From NCBI GenBank assembly GCA_019120475.1, contig DWVA01000175.1:1-49941 (forward strand): a stretch of 49,941 nucleotides of DNA, read 5' to 3'. The notes beneath the pieces were generated by a model, which saw nothing but the letters and a program-made list of their open reading frames with translations, did not search any database and was not told where the DNA came from. Positions 19,958 to 28,923 of the stretch are shown piece by piece. Both the position numbers and the translations under genes were made by a program. The DNA comes from Candidatus Blautia intestinipullorum. Lineage in GTDB: Bacteria; Bacillota; Clostridia; Lachnospirales; Lachnospiraceae. Position 1 is the stretch's first letter. Every line of letters begins with the position of its first letter.

Positions 19958-20188
19958 ATGTTTTCTGTATTCAAAAGGAAAAGAAAAAATGAAGAGCGGA
20001 CGGTGAAATATAACCCGGAGAAGCAGAAGGCGGTCTTACGCTGCAGCATCTGCACCGGAGAACAGGTCGCCGGTTTCATGGATGTGGAAACAGGAAAATT
20101 CGAAGAAGTGATGCTGATCCGGAATGAAACGGACCTGGAACGGTTCAGACAGCAGTATGGAATTGCGGAAATAACAAAAATATATTAA
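19958..20188 (+). CDS. Small conserved protein of unknown function with CxxC motif
   Basis: LRCSICTGEQVAGF; operon position. Confidence 0.7.
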   Translation: MFSVFKRKRKNEERTVKYNPEKQKAVLRCSICTGEQVAGFMDVETGKFEEVMLIRNETDLERFRQQYGIAEITKIY

Positions 20189-20266
20189 AATATTAGCGTG
20201 ATGTACAAGAGAGTATGGATTCTTGCACATTACTCTAATTAAATACGATATCGGAGGAATCAGATA

Positions 20267-21115
20267 ATGAAAATCGCAGTAACTTATGACAACGGAAACA
20301 TCTTTCAGCATTTTGGAAAGACAGAGTATTTCAAGGTGTATGAGGTTGAGGATAATAAAGTGGTTTCCAGTGAAGTGATCGGATCCAACGGCACAGGACA
20401 CGGCGCGCTGGCAGGACTTCTTGCAGACCAGTCTGTGGACGTGCTGATCTGCGGAGGTATCGGCGGAGGAGCCCAGAGCGCCCTTGCGGAAGCCGGCGTT
20501 GAGCTTTGTTCCGGCGCGCAGGGTGACGCTGATCAGGCGGTGGAAGCATATTTGAAAGGCGAGCTGGTATCAACAGGGGCAAACTGTGATCATCACCATG
20601 AAGAAGGACACTCCTGCGGAGATCATGGAGACGGACATTCCTGCGGCGGCAACTGCGGAGGGGGATGCGGAGCGGCTCCGGCCCTCAAGGGACGCAATGT
20701 AGGAAAAACCTGCCGCACACATTACAGAGGCACCTTTAATGACGGAACACAGTTCGATTCTTCCTATGACCGCGGCGAACCGCTGGAGTTTATCTGCGGC
20801 GCAGGCATGATGATCAGAGGATTTGACGCGGCGGTGGCAGATCTGGAAGTGGGCCAGATCGTGGATATCCATCTGACCCCGGAAGAGGCGTATGGCCAGC
20901 CTGATCCCAACGCCATTTTTACGATTGAAACCGCGCAGCTTCCCGGTTCCGAGGATCTGGAAGTGGGCCAGCAGGTATATCTTTCCAATCAGATGGGACA
21001 GCCTTTCCCGGTTAAAGTCACAGCAAAAGAGGGAAGCACCATCACATTTGACGCCAACCATGAAATGGCGGGCAAGGAACTGAACTTCAGAATCGAACTG
21101 GTTGAAGTGAAATAA
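20267..21115 (+). CDS. NifB/NifX-like domain fused through a His/Cys/Gly-rich linker to an SlyD-type FKBP peptidyl-prolyl isomerase
   Basis: N-terminal KIAV..QHFG..LICGGIG; linker CDHHHEEGHSCGDHGDGHSCGGNCGGGCG; C-terminal HYRGT..FDSS..PLEF..PEEAYG..DANHEMAGKELNF. Confidence 0.88.
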   Translation: MKIAVTYDNGNIFQHFGKTEYFKVYEVEDNKVVSSEVIGSNGTGHGALAGLLADQSVDVLICGGIGGGAQSALAEAGVELCSGAQGDADQAVEAYLKGELVSTGANCDHHHEEGHSCGDHGDGHSCGGNCGGGCGAAPALKGRNVGKTCRTHYRGTFNDGTQFDSSYDRGEPLEFICGAGMMIRGFDAAVADLEVGQIVDIHLTPEEAYGQPDPNAIFTIETAQLPGSEDLEVGQQVYLSNQMGQPFPVKVTAKEGSTITFDANHEMAGKELNFRIELVEVK

Positions 21116-21175
21116 TTATTCAAATTCATCTTTTGCCGTTTCTGTATCAAACGTCATTCAGAGAAAGGATTTTTT

Positions 21176-21510
21176 ATGAAAAGGATGTTTTATACGGAAG
21201 CGGCATATTTTATTGGACTGGTCACGCTTTTTTATTTATAACGGCTTTTATCCATGGAAACGTGCTTGATATTATGATAAAAGTGGTTGGCCTGGTCCCG
21301 GGAACCGGGATTTTCCCAGGAACAGTGTGTTACGTTACAGGGCTTATAACCTGCGCAATTGGAGTATCTTTTCTGTTCCATACATATATTTCACCGGAGG
21401 CGTACGAATTATTTGTAAAAGAAATATCTGCAAGATTTAATATTGACAGCAGATTTTTTGAGAAACACTTTGATTTCGTGGATGGATTGAGGTTAAGAAA
21501 GTTTTTCTGA
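21176..21510 (+). pseudogene. Degraded YczE/DUF6198-like membrane protein gene
   Basis: The RBS-led frame MKRMFYTEAAYFIGLVTLFYL stops early; another frame continues ...GVSFLFHTYISPEAYELFVKEIS...FFEKHFDF; about half the expected length. Confidence 0.55.
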
Positions 21511-21632
21511 GGGTAAGTGCTGTAATAATGGAATAACCGGAAACGGATGAAAAATCAATCGCAAAAATTTGCAGTTGATTGAAAGAGCAGCATATAAAAT
21601 TCAGATTCTTATGATTTAAGGAGGAACAGGCT

Positions 21633-22163
21633 ATGAGTTTTCATATTCAGACAGTACTGGGGGATATCACAAAGGTTGATGATCTGGAAGCCATTGTAAA
21701 TGCGGCAAATAACAGCCTGCTTGGCGGAGGTGGAGTTGATGGCGCCATCCACAGAGCGGCAGGACCGGAACTTCTGGCGGAATGCCGTACTCTGCATGGA
21801 TGTGAAACAGGGGAAGCGAAGATTACGAAGGCATATCGTCTGCCCTGTAAATACGTGATTCACACCGTTGGCCCGGTCTGGCGCGGTGGGGATCATGGAG
21901 AGCCACAGCTCCTGGCAAATGCTTACAGAAATTCGCTGCAGTGCGCTGTGGATCATGGGATTAAAACAATTGCTTTTCCGTCGATTTCTACAGGGGTTTA
22001 CCGCTACCCGCTGAAGCAGGCGGCTTCGATTGCTGTGAAAACGGTGAGAGATTTTTGTGCGCAGAATCCAGGAAAGATTGAGACGGTACGTTTTGTGCTG
22101 TTCAGCGACGATGCGCTGGCTGCGTATGAAAAAGCAGTTGGGGAGATTCCTGATAGAATATAA
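21633..22163 (+). CDS. Macro-domain O-acetyl-ADP-ribose deacetylase (YmdB/MacroD type)
   Basis: [41 protein letters not shown]. Confidence 0.93.
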   Translation: MSFHIQTVLGDITKVDDLEAIVNAANNSLLGGGGVDGAIHRAAGPELLAECRTLHGCETGEAKITKAYRLPCKYVIHTVGPVWRGGDHGEPQLLANAYRNSLQCAVDHGIKTIAFPSISTGVYRYPLKQAASIAVKTVRDFCAQNPGKIETVRFVLFSDDALAAYEKAVGEIPDRI

Positions 22164-22173
22164 GAAAAAAATC

Positions 22174-22202
22174 TTGAAATTAACGTTGTAAAGCTTTATA
22201 AT
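22174..22202 (+). promoter_or_regulatory. SigA promoter of the FMN-riboswitch transcript
   Basis: TTGAAA-17-TATAAT about 20 nt upstream of the aptamer. Confidence 0.7.
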
Positions 22203-22221
22203 ACATAGCAGGTAAAAGAAA

Positions 22222-22393
22222 ATTCTTCGGGGCAGGGTGACTGCAGGCTGTGAAGATGCGCAGCAGGTGGAATTCCCTACCGGCGGTAAAGTCCGCGACC
22301 CGCGTAATGCGGCTGATCTGGTGACCGGAAAGACTGCAGAAGCAGTATGGATGGAATTCCAGAACCGACAGTATAGTCTGGATGAGAGAAGAA
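22222..22393 (+). ncRNA. FMN riboswitch (RFN element) with two loop insertions
   Basis: TCTTCGGGGCAGGGTG..AATTCCCTACCGGCGGTAAAGTCCGCGA..GATCTGGTG..AATTCCAGAACCGACAGTATAGTCTGGATGAGAGAAGA upstream of ribU. Confidence 0.92.
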
Positions 22394-22417
22394 CACGAAA
22401 TATTTTAAGTGCTCAGT

Positions 22418-22450
22418 TCCCCGGGAGTATTCCCGGGGATTTTCCTTTTG
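22418..22450 (+). terminator. Riboswitch expression-platform terminator
   Basis: TCCCCGGGA/TCCCGGGGA stem followed by TTTTCCTTTT. Confidence 0.7.
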
Positions 22451-22499
22451 CAGGAATTTTCTTTTATACGGAAATTTTTCAAAAAAGGAGAGGACAATT

Positions 22500-23135
22500 A
22501 TGAGTGAACAGGTATTAAGAAGTGGAAATGCAATGGATAGGAGCCGGACGAGGACCATTACCCAGGTGGCTATGCTGGGAGCGGTGGCCGGCGTACTGAT
22601 GAATCTGGAGTTCCCTATTCCCTTCCTGGCTCCGTCCTTCTATCAGCTGGATTTCTCGGAGATTCCGGTGCTTGTAGGAAGTTTTGCCATGGGACCGCTG
22701 GCAGGAGTGATTATTGAGCTGGTAAAGATTCTGGTGCATCTGGTGACGAAGGGAACATTAACTGCTGGCGTGGGAGATCTGGCCAACTTTATCTTCGGCT
22801 GTACTTTTGTGGTTCCGGCAGGGCTACTGTACCGCCTGCATCATGTAAAAAGCAGGAGACACGCAGTAGAAGGAATGGCTGTAGGTACGGTTCTTACAAC
22901 GGCGGCAGCCTGCCTGATGAATGCGTTTGTTCTGCTTCCGGCTTACGGCAGGGCTTTCGGAATGCCGATCGAGGCTTTCATCGAGATGGGATCCGCGGTG
23001 CATTCCTCTGTTGACAGCCTGCTTGGATTCGTGGCGCTGATCATCGTGCCCTTTAATCTGTTTAAATACACCCTGACTTCCGTGATCGTATTCTTTATTT
23101 ACAAGAGGATCCGCGTAGTCCTGAAGGGCGACTGA
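22500..23135 (+). CDS. ribU: Riboflavin ECF S-component
   Basis: LDFSEIPVL..SFAMGP, GVGDLANF, PFNLFK; downstream of FMN riboswitch. Confidence 0.9.
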   Translation: MSEQVLRSGNAMDRSRTRTITQVAMLGAVAGVLMNLEFPIPFLAPSFYQLDFSEIPVLVGSFAMGPLAGVIIELVKILVHLVTKGTLTAGVGDLANFIFGCTFVVPAGLLYRLHHVKSRRHAVEGMAVGTVLTTAAACLMNAFVLLPAYGRAFGMPIEAFIEMGSAVHSSVDSLLGFVALIIVPFNLFKYTLTSVIVFFIYKRIRVVLKGD

Positions 23136-23154
23136 GAAATACTGAGTTTATATG

Positions 23155-23197
23155 GCGTTATGGAGACTGGATCAGAAGTTTCCATAACGCTTTTTTT
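23155..23197 (+). terminator. Intrinsic terminator after ribU
   Basis: GCGTTATGGAGACT/AGTTTCCATAACGC plus T7. Confidence 0.85.
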
Positions 23198-23216
23198 ATG
23201 AAAAATTATGAGACAG

Positions 23217-23245
23217 GGAACCATTGGAACGTCAGAATGGTCTAA
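23217..23245 (+). promoter_or_regulatory. Putative ECF-sigma autoregulatory promoter
   Basis: GGAACC-17-GTCTAA directly upstream of the ECF sigma gene. Confidence 0.55.
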
Positions 23246-23287
23246 TATATAGATAAAACAGACAGAACAGCACAAAGGAGACTGTGT

Positions 23288-23794
23288 ATGGACAGGAAAG
23301 AATTCGGGAATCTGATCCTGGAGAATGAACGGCAGCTTTACCGGATCGCGAAATCCATTCTGAGAAGCGACGAGGACTGTGCGGACGCAGCCCAGGAGAC
23401 GGTGATGAAAGCGTTCGAGAAGCTACATACCCTGCGCGACGACAGATATGCGAAGACCTGGCTGATTCGGATCCTTATCAACGAGTGCTTCCGTATAGCA
23501 GATAAACAGAAACGGGAGCGGATGCTGGCAGATAAGGTAAAAAGCTGTGAAGAACAGGCGCATAAAGAACAGACGCCGGGAAATGTCCGGGAGGAAGAGT
23601 ACAGTGAACTTTATCAGGCGCTGGCGCAGCTGCCGCGGGAATTCCGCGTTATACTGGAACTTTATCATCTTGAAGAGTTTTCCGTAAAAGAAATATCGGA
23701 ACTTATGGGAATCCCGGAAGGCACGGTGAAAAGCCGGCTGGGAAGAGGGCGGGAAAAACTGAAACAGCGTTTATGTCAGAAGGAGGGGAAATAA
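23288..23794 (+). CDS. ECF RNA polymerase sigma factor (SigV-like)
   Basis: LYRIAKSIL, DAAQET, KTWLIRILINEC, EISELMGIPEGTVKSRL.R. Confidence 0.92.
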   Translation: MDRKEFGNLILENERQLYRIAKSILRSDEDCADAAQETVMKAFEKLHTLRDDRYAKTWLIRILINECFRIADKQKRERMLADKVKSCEEQAHKEQTPGNVREEEYSELYQALAQLPREFRVILELYHLEEFSVKEISELMGIPEGTVKSRLGRGREKLKQRLCQKEGK

Positions 23795-24924
23795 TGGATA
23801 AGAAAATCTGGGAAAATCAGTATCCGAAAATGCCGGAACTCTTCCATCTGGCAGTAGAACAGGCGGTGAACAGAGCGGTCGGGAACGAAACAGTATACAC
23901 CGGTCAGGGAACTGTGGAGAGGGAACGCTCCGACCAGAATATCCGTGGAGCCGCATCCTTAAATAAAAGGAAAAAATGGCGTCTGCTCATTCTTGCGGCG
24001 GTTCTCTGCGGCGGCCTGATATCTGCGGCGGCAGTTTCCGGACGGAAACCGGTGAGGACAGCGGAAGTGGATTTTCAGGAAAAACTGGGACTTGGAGAAA
24101 GGTCAGATCTTGAGGAAGTCTGGTTCGGAGACGTTGAGGTGAGCATAGCGGAAGAACCCCGATATGTAAATGAACTGCATCCGGAAATACTGGAGGATAT
24201 GAAAGACCTGAAAACAGACGGGCCGCTGATCACCATAGACCGGATAATGTACGACGGCCTTCAGCTTGCGGTATGCGCCTATCCCACAGAGGAGATAGAA
24301 GGATATACGATAGAATCCTGGTCCATGATTGTCAACGGGCAGAAGACCGGCCCAAATGAGATGGACGACAACATGGGAAAGCAGGATTACTTTATCTTTA
24401 CCGCGCAGCTTTATGATATGGAGCCCGCGGATCAGATGGAGGTTGTTCTTCCGCTGAGTGTATACAGAGATAATGAACGATACGAAAACCAGGAACTTCT
24501 TTTTACTGTAGAAGGAAAGGCGGCGGAACAGATCCCGGATCAGGAGTTTGATCTGGAGAGCTGCACGGTGAAGCTGACGGAAATGCGCAGGACACTGACG
24601 GCTTTTGCCGGAAGGATCCAGATCGAAAGGACGCCGGAACAGCAGAATACCTGTGAAGGAGAAGACAGAGAGATCGTGTCCATGGCCCTGGAAAGTGCAG
24701 ACGGAAGGCGGTGGCAGGATCTTCCATTAAGAGAAGATGTAACAACACTCTCAGCAGATGAAAATCATGAGGAAGGATATTTTTACTATGAGATCCCTGA
24801 AGACGGACAGACACAGGTGAATCTGCAGCTGATGAGCCGTCTTAAAAGCGAGAGATGGGAGAAGTGGGATTCCTCCGATCCGGCCAATCGGTACGGAGAA
24901 GTCCTGACTGTTGATCTGCAGTGA
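23794..24924 (+). CDS. Putative membrane-anchored anti-sigma factor
   Basis: TAATG translational coupling to the sigma gene, short cytoplasmic N-terminus, one TM helix, large acidic extracytoplasmic part. Confidence 0.7.
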   Translation: MDKKIWENQYPKMPELFHLAVEQAVNRAVGNETVYTGQGTVERERSDQNIRGAASLNKRKKWRLLILAAVLCGGLISAAAVSGRKPVRTAEVDFQEKLGLGERSDLEEVWFGDVEVSIAEEPRYVNELHPEILEDMKDLKTDGPLITIDRIMYDGLQLAVCAYPTEEIEGYTIESWSMIVNGQKTGPNEMDDNMGKQDYFIFTAQLYDMEPADQMEVVLPLSVYRDNERYENQELLFTVEGKAAEQIPDQEFDLESCTVKLTEMRRTLTAFAGRIQIERTPEQQNTCEGEDREIVSMALESADGRRWQDLPLREDVTTLSADENHEEGYFYYEIPEDGQTQVNLQLMSRLKSERWEKWDSSDPANRYGEVLTVDLQ

Positions 24925-25078
24925 CCGGATACAGAATGTAACAGCGAAGAGGGGCTGGTACATGGAATAGAGGGGGAGTCTGGTATATGGATGCTATACA
25001 AACAGCGGCAAATGGGATATAATCTGAATATATGACGGACAGCGCCGGGCGGCAGTACAGTCCGGCTCTTCTGTATGC

Positions 25079-25151
25079 GTAGCGCCAGTGTATAAGGGGC
25101 AACACGCCAGCCCTTTGTCGACCGTGTTGGCCCTCTGTACACTGACGCTAC
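25079..25151. repeat. Long imperfect inverted repeat (~28-bp stem) upstream of the Nudix gene
   Basis: GTAGCGCCAGTGTATAAGGGGCAACACG pairs with CGTGTTGGCCCTCTGTACACTGACGCTAC. Confidence 0.75.
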
Positions 25152-25179
25152 AAATTTAAAATATACGGGGGAAATATTC

Positions 25180-25794
25180 ATGGGAGAAATACATCATGTG
25201 GAAAAACTGACGGACAATCGTTTTGTAAACCTTTATCATGTGGACGCTACCAGCGTGCACAATACGCCGGTGTCCTACTATGTGGCTTCCCGGGCGAAGA
25301 GCGTAGAGGAGCTGAAACTGAAAACAGGAAAAAATACGCCGGACGGAGTGATCATTTACAGTATTTATGGAGAGAAAAGAGATAAAGTGGTTCTGATCCG
25401 CCAGTACCGCTATGCTCTGGGAAGATATATTTATGAGTTCCCCGCAGGGCTGGTGGAAGCGGGAGAAGATTTTCATCAGGCAGCGATTCGGGAGATGAAG
25501 GAAGAAACCGGGCTTGACCTGGAACCGCTGCAAGTGGATGAGGCTTATGAAAAACCGTATTTTACTACTATCGGAATGACGGACGAATCCTGCGCCACCG
25601 TATACGGATACGCCTCCGGCGAAATAAGTAAAGACGCCCAGGAGGCTTCCGAGGAAATAGAGATTGTCCTGGCGGACAGGGCGGAAGTCAGAAGGATACT
25701 GAAAGAAGAACGTGTGGCGATCATGTGCGCCTATATGCTGATGCATTTTCTGGAGGATGAGGAACCCTTCGGTTTTTTGAAGAAAGAATTGTAA
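25180..25794 (+). CDS. Nudix hydrolase (ADP-ribose pyrophosphatase-like)
   Basis: VLIRQYRY, EFPAGLVEAGEDFHQAAIREMKEETG Nudix box. Confidence 0.92.
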   Translation: MGEIHHVEKLTDNRFVNLYHVDATSVHNTPVSYYVASRAKSVEELKLKTGKNTPDGVIIYSIYGEKRDKVVLIRQYRYALGRYIYEFPAGLVEAGEDFHQAAIREMKEETGLDLEPLQVDEAYEKPYFTTIGMTDESCATVYGYASGEISKDAQEASEEIEIVLADRAEVRRILKEERVAIMCAYMLMHFLEDEEPFGFLKKEL

Positions 25795-25851
25795 AACAGC
25801 GTACTGCCTGCATTGTGAAACAAAATCAGAAAAAGAAAGGAACTGCGACAT

Positions 25852-26490
25852 ATGAATATGGTAAAAAGAAGAGACGCAGGCCTGGCCTATGTCTCAGATG
25901 AAAAAGTAATGGAAGAACAGGCGGCGGCCAGAAAAATCCTGCAGAAACTGAATTTTATGGACCGTTCTGATTTTGAAGGGATTGCCGGAGTGGTGAAAGA
26001 ACTTCTGGGAAAATCGGAGAACGCAATGATCAATCCGCCCTTTTACTGCGATTATGGAAGCCATATCGAAGTCGGGAAAAACTTTTTTGCAAATTACAAC
26101 TGCACAATTCTGGATGTGGCGAAGGTGAAAATAGGAGACAACTGCCAGATGGCGCCTAATGTGGCTGTCTATACGGCAGGCCATCCTGTTTATCCGGATA
26201 CCAGGAACACGGCCTATGAATATGGAAAAGAGGTTACGATCGGGGATAATTGCTGGATTGGCGGAAATACGGTGATCTGTCCGGGAGTCCATATCGGGGA
26301 CAATGTGGTGATCGGAGCAGGAAGCGTGGTGACGAAGGATATTCCGGACTGGAGCATTGCCGCCGGAAATCCCTGCCGTGTCATCCGGAAGATCACAGAA
26401 GCGGACAGACGGAAGCTTTTCCGCAACGAAGAAATTGACGCCGAAGCCTGGGAAGATATTCAGAGCCGTATTTCGCAGAATCGCGGCTGA
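25852..26490 (+). CDS. maa: Maltose/galactoside O-acetyltransferase (hexapeptide repeat)
   Basis: PPFYCDYG, YTAGHP, IGDNCWIGG, GAGSVVTKDIP, GNPCRVIR. Confidence 0.9.
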   Translation: MNMVKRRDAGLAYVSDEKVMEEQAAARKILQKLNFMDRSDFEGIAGVVKELLGKSENAMINPPFYCDYGSHIEVGKNFFANYNCTILDVAKVKIGDNCQMAPNVAVYTAGHPVYPDTRNTAYEYGKEVTIGDNCWIGGNTVICPGVHIGDNVVIGAGSVVTKDIPDWSIAAGNPCRVIRKITEADRRKLFRNEEIDAEAWEDIQSRISQNRG

Positions 26491-26528
26491 AAGCCGTTTT
26501 TGGGAAACCGTTTTTCTTTTTCCGCATC

Positions 26529-26558
26529 TTGACAAATATCTGTTGTTCATGTTATAGT
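26529..26558 (+). promoter_or_regulatory. SigA promoter of the PTS operon
   Basis: TTGACA-18-TATAGT with TG extended -10. Confidence 0.65.
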
Positions 26559-26570
26559 CGAGACAGTTGT

Positions 26571-26643
26571 AGTGTGTAACTCATAAGGAGGCATTAACTA
26601 TACATAACAAGGAGTGTTTATGTGTATTAGTGCCTCTTTTTTT
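26571..26643 (+). promoter_or_regulatory. RAT antiterminator element overlapping a leader terminator
   Basis: AGTGTGTAACTCATAAGGAGGCATTAACT resembles BglG/LicT/GlcT RATs and overlaps the GAGGCATTAA..TTAGTGCCTC-T7 terminator; a cognate PRD antiterminator is in the operon. Confidence 0.8.
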
Positions 26644-26722
26644 GTACAGAAACCGGTGAAAACGGGGTCTGATCACATAGCCTCTTCTTGGAATCTTAAG
26701 GAAAGAGAAGGAGTGAAGTTAC

Positions 26723-28894
26723 ATGAAAGACAGGATTTTCAGTGTCCTACAGAGAGTGGGACGGAGCTTTATGCTCCCAATTGCGATCCTTCCGGTAGCA
26801 GGTCTTCTGCTGGGAATCGGAAGTTCCTTTACAAATGCCACGACAATTGAGACATACGGTCTCACGGCGGTTCTCGGAGAGGGTACCATCCTTCACGCGC
26901 TGCTGGTGATCATGAACAAAGTAGGCAGCGCCGTATTCGACAATCTGCCGCTGATCTTTGCCGTGGGAGTCGCTATCGGTATGGCGAAAAAGGAGAAAGA
27001 AGTATCCGCGCTTTCGGCGGTTATTTCCTATTTTGTTATGAACACGGCGATCAACGCCATGCTTACGATCAACGGACAGATCCTGGATAATGGCGAGATC
27101 GCGGAATCCGTTCTGGAAGGAACGATTACATCTGTGTGCGGAATCCAGTCTCTGCAGATGGGTGTTTTCGGCGGTATTATCGTAGGACTGGGAGTGGCGG
27201 CTCTCCACAACCGGTTTTACAGGATCCAGCTTCCGAATGCCCTGTCCTTCTTCGGCGGGACAAGGTTTGTACCGATTATTTCCACTATTGTTTATATGTT
27301 TGTGGGAATCCTGATGTTTTTTGTATGGCCGGTGGTACAGAATGGTATTTACGCGCTGGGAGGTCTTGTCACAGGCTCCGGATATGTGGGAACCCTGATC
27401 TTCGGCCTTATTAAGAGAGCCCTGATTCCTTTCGGGCTTCATCATGTGTTCTATATGCCCTTCTGGCAGACTGCGGTGGGCGGAACCATGGAAGTAGCGG
27501 GACAGATGGTGCAGGGAGGACAGAATATCTTCTTTGCGCAGCTTGCGGACTCCGCGAATATCGCTCATTTCAGCGCGGACGCCACAAGATATTTTTCGGG
27601 TGAATTTATCTTTATGATCTTCGGACTTCCGGGCGCGGCCCTGGCCATGTACCAGTGCGCGAAACCGGAGAAGAAAAAAGCGGCGGGCGGTCTGCTTCTG
27701 TCCGCGGCGCTGGCATGTATGGCTACCGGCATTACGGAGCCTCTGGAATTTTCCTTCCTTTTTGTGGCTCCGGCTCTGTTTGCGGTACAGGTGGTTCTGG
27801 CGGGAAGCGCCTATATGATCGCCCATATACTGAATATCGCGGTAGGCCTGACCTTTTCCGGCGGCCTGCTGGACTTTTTCCTGTTTGGTATCCTCCAGGG
27901 AAACGAAAAGACCAGTTGGATGAGAGTTATTCCGGTGGGAATCATTTATTTCCTGCTGTATTACTTTATTTTTAAATTCATGATCAGAAAATTCAACTTC
28001 AAGACGCCGGGCCGGGAGGACGACGACGTGGAGACGAAACTTTACACCAAAGCGGACGTAAACGCGAGAAAAGAGGCACAGAAGACAGGAGAAGGGGCAG
28101 CCGGAGCAGAAGATCCTGTCAGCGAGGCCATTACCAGAGGTCTTGGAGGAAAGAAAAATATTTCCGATGTGGACTGCTGCGCCACAAGGCTTCGCTGTAC
28201 TGTGAAGGACGCTTCACTGGTAAACGACGGGGTGCTGAAAGCTACAGGCGCGTCCGGCGTGGTGCATAAAGGAAACGGCGTACAGGTGATTTACGGGCCA
28301 AATGTGACAGTGATCAAATCAAATCTGGAAGATTATCTGGAAACGGCGCCGGACACACTGGCGGAGGCGGAAGAAACGCCGGAAATCCTGGAAGAAGAGA
28401 AAAATTCGGAAAATACAGAGAAAAAAGTAGTCGGCACAGTTACGATTTCCAGCCCCATCACAGGTATGGCGGCGGATCTTTCCACGGCTCCTGACGAAGC
28501 ATTTGCCCAGAGAATGATGGGAGACGGCGCGGTGGTAACTCCGGAAGATCCCATTGTGAGAGCTCCGGAGGACGGAGAAGTAGCGTTTGTGTTCGACACG
28601 AAACATGCGGTCGGTTTTGTGACAGACTCAGGGATCAGTCTTCTGATCCATGTGGGAATCGATACGGTAAAACTGAATGGGGAAGGCTTTGAAGCTCTGG
28701 TAGAGAGCGGACAGACAGTGAAGAAGGGCGATCCGATGCTAAAACTGGATCTGGATTATCTGAAAGCCCACGCGCCTTCCGTCACCTCTCCGGTTCTCTG
28801 CACAGAACTGGAGGACAATCAGAGAATACACCTGCTGAAAGAAGGACCGGTAAAGGCAGGGGAAGCGCTTTTTGAAGTGGAAATTCTGGAGTAG
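26723..28894 (+). CDS. ptsG: PTS glucose-family EIICBA
   Basis: LQRVGRSFMLPIA, PFGLHH, TGITEPLEF, KTPGRED linker, EIIB DCCATRLR, EIIA LIHVGIDT; substrate inferred only. Confidence 0.88.
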   Translation: MKDRIFSVLQRVGRSFMLPIAILPVAGLLLGIGSSFTNATTIETYGLTAVLGEGTILHALLVIMNKVGSAVFDNLPLIFAVGVAIGMAKKEKEVSALSAVISYFVMNTAINAMLTINGQILDNGEIAESVLEGTITSVCGIQSLQMGVFGGIIVGLGVAALHNRFYRIQLPNALSFFGGTRFVPIISTIVYMFVGILMFFVWPVVQNGIYALGGLVTGSGYVGTLIFGLIKRALIPFGLHHVFYMPFWQTAVGGTMEVAGQMVQGGQNIFFAQLADSANIAHFSADATRYFSGEFIFMIFGLPGAALAMYQCAKPEKKKAAGGLLLSAALACMATGITEPLEFSFLFVAPALFAVQVVLAGSAYMIAHILNIAVGLTFSGGLLDFFLFGILQGNEKTSWMRVIPVGIIYFLLYYFIFKFMIRKFNFKTPGREDDDVETKLYTKADVNARKEAQKTGEGAAGAEDPVSEAITRGLGGKKNISDVDCCATRLRCTVKDASLVNDGVLKATGASGVVHKGNGVQVIYGPNVTVIKSNLEDYLETAPDTLAEAEETPEILEEEKNSENTEKKVVGTVTISSPITGMAADLSTAPDEAFAQRMMGDGAVVTPEDPIVRAPEDGEVAFVFDTKHAVGFVTDSGISLLIHVGIDTVKLNGEGFEALVESGQTVKKGDPMLKLDLDYLKAHAPSVTSPVLCTELEDNQRIHLLKEGPVKAGEALFEVEILE

Positions 28895-28923
28895 GATCCG
28901 GTCCGGATGGGGAAGAGATACGG

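Noticed and set aside
22237-22503. 88-aa ORF upstream of ribU
   Set aside because: It overlaps the FMN aptamer and terminator; non-coding explanation is sufficient
21633-25794. Macro domain plus Nudix as an ADP-ribosylation or defence module
   Set aside because: They are separated by independent ribU and ECF units with their own promoters and terminators; no ADP-ribosyltransferase or sirtuin is present; both look like housekeeping types
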